From assembly GCF_001306055.1 (NCBI RefSeq), contig NZ_LGHJ01000003.1, forward strand, positions 1 through 32,000: 32,000 nucleotides of DNA, in the 5' to 3' direction. Below are positions 25,925 to 32,000 of the stretch, piece after piece. The DNA comes from Bellilinea caldifistulae (GTDB lineage Bacteria; Chloroflexota; Anaerolineae; Anaerolineales; Anaerolineaceae). The translations under genes were made by a program, and so were the position numbers. Below the pieces are notes generated by a model. That model searched no databases, was not told the DNA's origin, and saw only the letters and a program-made list of their open reading frames with translations. The first letter of the stretch is position 1; every line of letters begins with the position of its first letter.

Positions 25925-28309
25925 TTAGCGGATGCGGAAGCGGGCAACCAGCGAGTTGAAGGTGTTTGCCATGTCCTGAAGCGAACCGGCTGCCGCTGCC
26001 ACTTCTTCCACCTGAGCGCTCATCTCTTCCACCGAGGCAGAAACCTCCTCGACGGCGGCGCTGTTTTCCTCGCTGACCGAGGCGATGGTTTCCACTGCCA
26101 GGCTGACTTCGTTGGAGCCGGCTGCCATTTGCTGGGTAGCGGCAGTGTTCTGGCTGACAATCCGCGAAACGGCGTCCATCGCGCTGACCAGTTTATTGGC
26201 CGAGTGGTTGATCTGCTGGACGGCTTTGGAGGTCTGCTGAGCCTGATCCAGTACCACCTGGGCGGATTTGAGAATGCTTTCCAGCGCGCTGCCGGCTTCA
26301 TCGGCCTGATGCACTCCCTCTTCGACCTGCTGGGCGCTGACCTGCATGGCAGCCACAGCCTCTCCAACCGTGTTTTGAATGTTCTGGATCAAGGCGCTGA
26401 TCTCGCGGGTTGATGATGCGGCCCGTTCGGCCAGTTTACGCACCTCATCGGCTACCACCGCAAACCCCTTGCCGTGTTCGCCGGCGCGGGCGGCTTCGAT
26501 GGCGGCGTTGAGTGCCAGCAGATTGGTTTGGGCGGCGATTTCTTCAATGGTTTCGACAATCACGGTAATTTTTGCGGAATGCTCGCCCATTTGTTCCACT
26601 TTTTCGGCGGAAAGCGCCACCTGATCACGAATCACTTCCATGCCTTTCAAGGTGGCATTGACCTTTTTTGCGCCGCTCTGGGCATATTCGGCGGCTTTGG
26701 CGGCTTCCTCACTGCCCGCCAGCGAATTTTCGGCGACATGCCGCAGCGCTTCGCTGATTTCGGCGGTGATGGCGGCGGCCTGTTCTGCCGCGGTGGCCTG
26801 TTCGCGCGACCCACGCGAAACCTCCTGAATGGCGTTTTCCATCTGATGAAAAGTGTTTGTCGTCAGGGAAACCGATTCGGCCTGCTGGGTGATACCGCGC
26901 GAAACCTGCTGGATGGTCGTGGCAATCTGGTTGGCAGCCTGGCCGGCTTGATCGGCAGCCAGCGTCAACTGACTAGAAGCCGAGAGGAGACTGGCGGCAT
27001 TTTCGACGATCTGGGTGACCAGTCCGCGCAGATGAGTGGTCATTTGCACAAACGCCTGCCCCAGGCGGTCTTTTTCGCTGCGCGGCTGAACCTCGACCAG
27101 CAGGTTGCCGCTGGCGATCTGGCCGGCGACTTCGATCATTTCGCGCAGGAAGTCGGCGGCTTGCTGGGTTTCACGTCCCAAAATGCCGATTTCATCACTG
27201 CGTTTGAGAACACGCTGGTCAAGGCGTAAGTCGCCTTCCAGTTCACCCCGCGCCATGTGCTGCAACGATTGGGTAACAGCCTGGAGCGGCTGGGTCAGGC
27301 TGCGGGAGTATTGTAAGAGTGCCCCGCCCAGCAGCAGGGCTGCCAGCACCACCACGACCGCCAGGGTGATCATCAGCGCCGAAACGCGCTGCTGAACCAG
27401 TGCCTGAGGCACGAAGGTGATCAACGTCCAGCCAGTGGCAGGGAGTTGAGCAAAAGCGGCGTACACCTGACCGGCGTTGCCAAACGGGTCTTTGATCAAC
27501 CGATAGCCGTAAGAAGTGGTTTGGGAGTCTTCCAATATGGGCTGTAATACACCGCCGAAAAGCGAGGCGGCGTTGACTTCCAGCAAGCCCTCCACCGAGT
27601 CGGCTGCCAGCTGATAATCGTCAATGCCCAGAATGTTCCCTTCCCCATCGAAAAGAATGGCATGGGCCTGGCGGTTGTATTCTTCGCTGGCGGCAATCCC
27701 CTGCAAGACCTGATTGAGGGCTTGGGTGGAGATGTCCGCTGTGGCGATTCCCCAGAACTTGCCATCCCGATGAAATGGGACAGAGACGGTGGTCATCAGC
27801 ACATTGCCTAGCCCCTCGTCAAAGTAGGGCGGGGTCCAGAAGGGTTTGGAAGTGAGTTTGCCGGGCGCATACCAGACGGCATCCAGATAATCCTGATCGG
27901 TGGTAACGACGAAGGCGGGTTTGCCGTTGTCGTACCAGTGGTAGGTTGCCAGCAGTTCCTGGTCGGCCTGATAGGTGTAGGGTTCAAAGCCCGCCCAGGT
28001 GCCGTAAATATCCGGGTTGCTTTTAAGGATGGCGGCCATGCGCTGGTTGAGAAGGTCAAGATTGGGCTGGGGGTCGGCTTCGATACTGGCAGCCAGCTGA
28101 ACCGGCACGCGGGCAATGGCAGCCAGAAAGCCGTCCATCTGATTGGCTTTGGCGAGGGTGTAGTCCATCAGGCCGCGCTCCACCTCGGCGCGCACGGCAT
28201 TGGCACTGACCAGGACGCTGACGATACCGGAAATCAGCAGGACGACCACCACGCCAGCAAGAAGGGTCATCAATTGACTGCGGATTGAACGATTGAAAAA
28301 GTTGAACAT
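25925..28309 (-). CDS. Methyl-accepting chemotaxis protein with an extracytoplasmic double-Cache-like sensor, HAMP and MA signalling domains
   Basis: Two TM segments flank a sensor region of about 280 aa. The conserved hairpin tip is [35 protein letters not shown] prefer the start at ATG 28309 (MFNFFNRS), which has GGAG 5 nt upstream, over the ORF-track start at 28324. Confidence 0.9.
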   Translation of the reverse strand: MFNFFNRSIRSQLMTLLAGVVVVLLISGIVSVLVSANAVRAEVERGLMDYTLAKANQMDGFLAAIARVPVQLAASIEADPQPNLDLLNQRMAAILKSNPDIYGTWAGFEPYTYQADQELLATYHWYDNGKPAFVVTTDQDYLDAVWYAPGKLTSKPFWTPPYFDEGLGNVLMTTVSVPFHRDGKFWGIATADISTQALNQVLQGIAASEEYNRQAHAILFDGEGNILGIDDYQLAADSVEGLLEVNAASLFGGVLQPILEDSQTTSYGYRLIKDPFGNAGQVYAAFAQLPATGWTLITFVPQALVQQRVSALMITLAVVVVLAALLLGGALLQYSRSLTQPLQAVTQSLQHMARGELEGDLRLDQRVLKRSDEIGILGRETQQAADFLREMIEVAGQIASGNLLVEVQPRSEKDRLGQAFVQMTTHLRGLVTQIVENAASLLSASSQLTLAADQAGQAANQIATTIQQVSRGITQQAESVSLTTNTFHQMENAIQEVSRGSREQATAAEQAAAITAEISEALRHVAENSLAGSEEAAKAAEYAQSGAKKVNATLKGMEVIRDQVALSAEKVEQMGEHSAKITVIVETIEEIAAQTNLLALNAAIEAARAGEHGKGFAVVADEVRKLAERAASSTREISALIQNIQNTVGEAVAAMQVSAQQVEEGVHQADEAGSALESILKSAQVVLDQAQQTSKAVQQINHSANKLVSAMDAVSRIVSQNTAATQQMAAGSNEVSLAVETIASVSEENSAAVEEVSASVEEMSAQVEEVAAAAGSLQDMANTFNSLVARFRIR

Positions 28310-28489
28310 GCTTGCTCCATTCATTGTGCAATTGGGTTGGTAAGGTTGGGAAAATCCCAGAAAAGCCGAGTAATCCGGATTTAACTTAACAAAAGGAAAA
28401 AGCGGTGTCTATTAAGAAGGAGTAAAAGCGGCCTAAATTTCCCGTGAATCCGGCCCGGGTGAACAAAAAAAGACGGTTTAACCGATTTG

Positions 28490-28583
28490 AAAGCGCTTGC
28501 CGCGTGGATCAACTCCCGATGGATTGGCTTGGTGAAACATTTATAATTTTGGTAAAATAAATCAATCATATTCAAAGCGCTTG
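28490..28583. promoter_or_regulatory. Two copies of a palindrome-containing 10-mer (AAAGCGCTTG, core AAGCGCTT) bracketing the putative LRR-gene promoter
   Basis: Copies at 28490-28499 and 28574-28583, 84 bp apart. The second abuts the SD (GAGGAAGG 28583-28590). Candidate -10 elements lie between them: TATAAT 28542-28547 and TGgTAAAAT 28550-28558. Confidence 0.3.
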
Positions 28584-28595
28584 AGGAAGGTCGAG

Positions 28596-29411
28596 ATGCG
28601 AGGCGTCCCTGGAATGGTGATTTTCTTCCTTCTGGCTTGGCTGACTGCCGGCCTGCTGAGCCGTCCTGCAATTGCCCAGACCTTTCCTCAAACGGATATT
28701 TGCCAAACGGTTGTGGAAATACCTGCGTTTGAGTGTGAAGCGCTGGTGAGTCTTTACACGGCCACAAATGGCGACCAGTGGAATGATGCCGCTGGCTGGC
28801 TGGTGGAAACAAACCCCTCCAACTGGTTGGGTGTGACGGTGGAGGACGGCCATGTGAGCCGGCTCAGTCTGCCGGCCAACCAGTTGCAGGGCAGCCTGCC
28901 GTCCCAAATTGGTGCGCTTACCTATCTGACCGAACTCAATTTTCGGGATAATCAGTTAAGCGGGGCATTACCAGCGGAGATTGGTAATTTAAATCATTTG
29001 ACCATTCTCGATTTGAGCAGCAATCAATTGGGTGGTGGAATACCGGTTGGGTTATTTTCCCTGATTTCTTTGGAGTATCTGTACCTTGACCATAATCAAT
29101 TCAGCGGTGTGCTGCCGGCGAATGTCGGAAATCTGACTGCTTTGAAGGTATTGTGGCTGAATGACAATCTGCTGCTGGGCTTTCCACCCGACCGTATGAC
29201 CAGCCTGACGGCTCTGTTCGACCCCGGTTCGCTCCCCCCCGCCAATTCGGATGGGTTGGACCTAAACAACAATCGTTTTTGTGTGCCGGATGGCTACCCG
29301 TTGGCAGGCAGTGCTTTGCATCAGTTTCTCAACCAGAAAGATCCCGATTTTCATCTCCATCAGACCTGCACCCCCATCTTTGAGGTGTTTTTGCCGATGG
29401 TACGGCGGTAG
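28596..29411 (+). CDS. Secreted leucine-rich-repeat protein with plant-specific-type 24-residue LRRs
   Basis: Signal peptide MRGVPGMVIFFLLAWLTAGLLSRPAIA|Q. N-cap CEALVSLYTATNGDQWNDAAGW....NPSNWLGVTVEDGHVSRLSL. Five consecutive 24-aa repeats LxxLxLxxNQLxGxLPxxIGxLxx span nt ~28854-29213. I prefer ATG 28596 (SD GAGGAAGG 5 nt upstream) over TTG 28581. Confidence 0.85.
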   Translation: MRGVPGMVIFFLLAWLTAGLLSRPAIAQTFPQTDICQTVVEIPAFECEALVSLYTATNGDQWNDAAGWLVETNPSNWLGVTVEDGHVSRLSLPANQLQGSLPSQIGALTYLTELNFRDNQLSGALPAEIGNLNHLTILDLSSNQLGGGIPVGLFSLISLEYLYLDHNQFSGVLPANVGNLTALKVLWLNDNLLLGFPPDRMTSLTALFDPGSLPPANSDGLDLNNNRFCVPDGYPLAGSALHQFLNQKDPDFHLHQTCTPIFEVFLPMVRR

Positions 29412-29490
29412 GAAGGGGGAGGTTAATCAAAAATCACCCTTTTGCTTGTGGAATTTTTCTACCCGATTACTACACTTCGATTTTTGAATA

Positions 29491-29499
29491 TGCTACAAT
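29491..29499 (+). promoter_or_regulatory. Candidate extended -10 promoter (TGcTACAAT) for the sdh operon
   Basis: TG at 29491-29492 and TACAAT at 29494-29499, about 33 nt upstream of the sdhC ATG. A GGAGG SD lies in the predicted leader. Confidence 0.35.
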
Positions 29500-29531
29500 T
29501 TAACCGTCCCATCACATAGACGGAGGTGAAT

Positions 29532-29957
29532 ATGTCCACTCTGAAGACGACCCTGACCGGATACGCCGGTTATCGTGGACGGGAAGGTCATTGGGCCTTT
29601 CTTCTGCACCGGATTACCGGGTTGGGAGTAGTCCTGTTTCTCACCATTCACATTGTTGACATTGCTTTTGTTTATTTTCAGCCAGCGTTGTTCCTGGATG
29701 CGCTGGCGCTTTACCAAACCACGCTGTTTGGTATTGGCGAAATTGCGCTGATTTTTTGCGTGTTCTTTCACGGCGTCAATGGGCTGCGCATTGCCTACTT
29801 CGATATGTTCAAACCGGGCTTGTGGAGCATTGAGATGCAGCGCAAAACCACCCGCACCACGCTGATCATTGCCATCATCCTGTGGTTGCCGGCAGCGGTT
29901 TGGATGGTGCGCAATATCCTGCTTCATAATTACGGCATTGTCTTGTTTGGCGGATAG
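29532..29957 (+). CDS. sdhC: Succinate dehydrogenase cytochrome b subunit
   Basis: Three-helix membrane protein containing FFHGVNGLRIAYFD (heme-ligand His context). It is the first gene of the sdhCDA order. ATG 29532 follows GGAGG, and the ORF-track GTG 29526 overlaps that SD. Confidence 0.8.
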   Translation: MSTLKTTLTGYAGYRGREGHWAFLLHRITGLGVVLFLTIHIVDIAFVYFQPALFLDALALYQTTLFGIGEIALIFCVFFHGVNGLRIAYFDMFKPGLWSIEMQRKTTRTTLIIAIILWLPAAVWMVRNILLHNYGIVLFGG

Positions 29958-29966
29958 GAGGTTGAC

Positions 29967-30365
29967 ATGGCAGCGACAACCGAAACGGTACGGCGGGTCA
30001 AGGTCAAGCCCAATTATGAAATGATCGCCTGGAAGTGGATGCGCTACTCGGCCTTTGCGCTCATCCCGTTGGTGTGGATTCATGCCATTCTGCAGGATGT
30101 GGTGGTGGGGGTGCATGCGATGGATCTGGGGTATGTGGCTGAGCGCTGGGCAAGTCTGTTCTGGCGGGTATTTGACGCCCTGCTGCTGGGTTTTGCCTTT
30201 GCGCACGGTGTGAACGGCCTGCGCCAGGTGTTGAACGATTTTATCCACGGCGAAAAGGGACGCAAAATCCTCAACTGGAGCTTGTTCATTTTCTGGCTGG
30301 CAATTTTTCTGATCGGTGCGATTGCGCTGATCGGCGGCGTCAATCAACAATTTCCGCTGGAATAG
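29967..30365 (+). CDS. sdhD: Succinate dehydrogenase hydrophobic membrane-anchor subunit
   Basis: Three-helix membrane protein containing FAHGVNGLRQVLNDF, comparable to E. coli SdhD ..QVLTDY. GGAGG lies 5 nt upstream. Confidence 0.8.
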   Translation: MAATTETVRRVKVKPNYEMIAWKWMRYSAFALIPLVWIHAILQDVVVGVHAMDLGYVAERWASLFWRVFDALLLGFAFAHGVNGLRQVLNDFIHGEKGRKILNWSLFIFWLAIFLIGAIALIGGVNQQFPLE

Positions 30366-30386
30366 CGGCAGGACGGGAGTGAGAGA

Positions 30387-32000
30387 ATGACCCAAACGCA
30401 TGTGTTCGATGTAGTTATTGTAGGCGGCGGCGGGGCGGGGTTGATGGCGGCGCTGAATGCCTCGCGCAGCGCAAAAACTGCTGTTTTGAGCAAGCTTTAT
30501 CCAACCCGCTCGCACACCGGTGCGGCGCAGGGAGGGATTGGGGCTGCTTTGGGTAACCTGGAAGAGGATCACTGGGAGTGGCACGCCTTTGATACCGTCA
30601 AGGGCAGTGACTATCTTGGCGATCAGGATGCGATTGAGTTCATGTGCCGCGAAGCGGTGCAGGCCGTTTATGATTTGGAGCATTTCGGCCTGCCTTTCTC
30701 GCGCACTGCGGACGGGCGGATTGCCCAGCGGCCTTTTGGCGGCCATACCAACAACCTGACCAAAAAACCGGTGCGCCGCTCGTGTTACGCGGCTGACCGA
30801 ACCGGCCACATGATTCTGCAAACGCTTTATCAGCAGTGCATCAAGAACGGCATCAATTTTTATGATGAATTTCAGGTGCTGGATTTGATCCTCTCGGACG
30901 GCAAAGCCGCCGGGGTGGTGGCGGTGGAACTGGCGACCGGCGAGCTGCATGTCTTTCACAGCAAGGCGGTGGTGTTTGCCACCGGCGGACACGGGCGCAT
31001 GTGGGAAATCACCTCGAATGCCTATGCCTACACCGGTGACGGTGTGGCCATCACCCTGCGCAATGGCATCCCGGCTGAGGATATGGAGTTCTTCCAGTTT
31101 CACCCCACCGGCATTTACAAACTGGGTATTCTGATCACCGAAGCGGTGCGCGGCGAAGGGGGCATCCTCTTCAATGGTAAGGGCGAACGCTTTATGGAGC
31201 GCTATGCGCCGACCATCAAAGACCTTGCCTCGCGGGATGTGATCAGCCGGGCGATTTACCTTGAAATCAAAGAGGGGCGCGGAATCAACGGAAAGGATTA
31301 TGTTTATCTGGACGTGCGCCCGGAGACGGTTAACAAATATGCCGAACTGGACGGGCGTACCCGCCCGGACGGCACGCCCTATCGGGTTACTGCCGAGGAA
31401 ATTCTCTCCAAGATTCCGGACATTACCGACTTTTGCCGGACGTACCTTGGGGTTGACCCGGTGAAAGACCCCATGCCGATTCAACCGACCGCCCACTATG
31501 CCATGGGTGGCATTCCCACCAATAAATACGGCGAGGTCGTGGTGGACGATCAGGGGACGGTGCTGCCCGGTCTGTATGCTGCCGGGGAATGCGCCTGCGT
31601 TTCGGTGCATGGCGCTAACCGACTGGGCACCAATTCGCTGGTGGACCTGGTGGTGTTTGGAAAATACGCTGGCATTAAAGCCGCCGAGTACGCCAAAGGG
31701 GCAGATCTGCCACGTCTGCCGGCTGACCCGGATGCGGGGGTGCGCCGCCAGCTGGATAACCTGCTCAACGGCAGCGGACGCGAACGGGCTGCTCAAATTG
31801 GGCGGGAACTGCGCAAGGTGATGATGGATGATGTGGGTGTGTTCCGCACCGAAGAAGGCCTGAAGCAGGCAGTTGAAAAGGTGCGCGAGTTGCGCGAGCG
31901 CTACAAACAGGTGCGCGTCAGCGATGGCGGCAAGATTTTCAACACCGAATTACTCAACACCTGGGAACTGGGCTGCCTGCTGGATGCCGCGCTGGTCACG
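30387..32000 (+). CDS. sdhA: Succinate dehydrogenase flavoprotein subunit; 3' end lies beyond the window
   Basis: This ORF is missing from the ORF track because no stop occurs before the window edge. My own translation from ATG 30387 gives [34 protein letters not shown] (covalent-FAD His), [21 protein letters not shown] and [31 protein letters not shown]. The frame stays open to nt 32000. Confidence 0.95.
   Translation, partial: MTQTHVFDVVIVGGGGAGLMAALNASRSAKTAVLSKLYPTRSHTGAAQGGIGAALGNLEEDHWEWHAFDTVKGSDYLGDQDAIEFMCREAVQAVYDLEHFGLPFSRTADGRIAQRPFGGHTNNLTKKPVRRSCYAADRTGHMILQTLYQQCIKNGINFYDEFQVLDLILSDGKAAGVVAVELATGELHVFHSKAVVFATGGHGRMWEITSNAYAYTGDGVAITLRNGIPAEDMEFFQFHPTGIYKLGILITEAVRGEGGILFNGKGERFMERYAPTIKDLASRDVISRAIYLEIKEGRGINGKDYVYLDVRPETVNKYAELDGRTRPDGTPYRVTAEEILSKIPDITDFCRTYLGVDPVKDPMPIQPTAHYAMGGIPTNKYGEVVVDDQGTVLPGLYAAGECACVSVHGANRLGTNSLVDLVVFGKYAGIKAAEYAKGADLPRLPADPDAGVRRQLDNLLNGSGRERAAQIGRELRKVMMDDVGVFRTEEGLKQAVEKVRELRERYKQVRVSDGGKIFNTELLNTWELGCLLDAALVT

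Noticed and set aside
25233-29411. ParB-like, dCache MCP and LRR genes considered as a single novel 'system'
   Set aside because: The three genes are in different orientations. The ParB-like gene and the MCP are separated by a strong terminator, and the MCP and LRR genes have separate divergent promoters. I know of no functional logic linking them. Without conserved synteny data the grouping is unsupported.
29493-31796. A 767-codon minus-strand ORF, the second-longest ORF in the track, spanning sdhC, sdhD and most of sdhA in antisense
   Set aside because: The plus strand here encodes three proteins with unmistakable Sdh motifs and proper SDs. The antisense translation is Arg/His/Gln/Gly-rich low-complexity sequence with no recognisable motif. 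It also crosses two intergenic gaps. Long stop-free antisense frames are expected in genes with high GC at the third codon position.

Overview
GC-rich bacterial chromosomal window, densely coding on both strands. I count about 29 protein genes. By eye there is no rRNA, tRNA, CRISPR array, transposase or integrase. The gene content fits a Chloroflexota-like (Anaerolineae/Caldilineae-type) organism, but I cannot verify this without a database search. The supporting features are a Pro/Thr-rich surface protein with a sortase-like tail, an LCP protein, a CUT1 sugar ABC operon with no ATPase of its own, MenA, and SdhCDA. Left to right: the 3' end of a PT-repeat surface protein; a type IIA P-type ATPase; glgC; a small sulfite-oxidase-family Mo enzyme; an orphan GAF-PAS histidine kinase; an MBL-fold protein with a degenerate metal motif; an asparaginase-II family protein; and an endonuclease III-like glycosylase. 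Next comes a 7-gene minus-strand operon (HutC/GntR regulator, CUT1 binding protein, two permeases, ROK kinase, double-SIS protein, M55/DppA peptidase). After that: an alpha/beta hydrolase; a Trm112-like plus LCP gene pair; a cytochrome P450 divergent from menA; a NitT/TauT-type ABC transporter; a standalone ParB/Srx-fold protein; a dCache chemoreceptor; a secreted plant-type LRR protein; and sdhC-sdhD-sdhA, which runs off the right edge. Most of this is ordinary housekeeping, and I did not find a convincing novel multi-gene system such as a defence island. The best candidates for a second look are: (1) the frl-like amino-sugar/Amadori operon that ends in an M55 peptidase; (2) the plant-specific-type LRR protein and the paired palindromes in its control region; (3) the P450/menA divergent pair with an apparently leaderless menA; (4) the standalone ParB/Srx-fold protein; (5) the sortase-like PT-repeat protein. 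All functional calls come from motif recognition by eye, and start codons are provisional.
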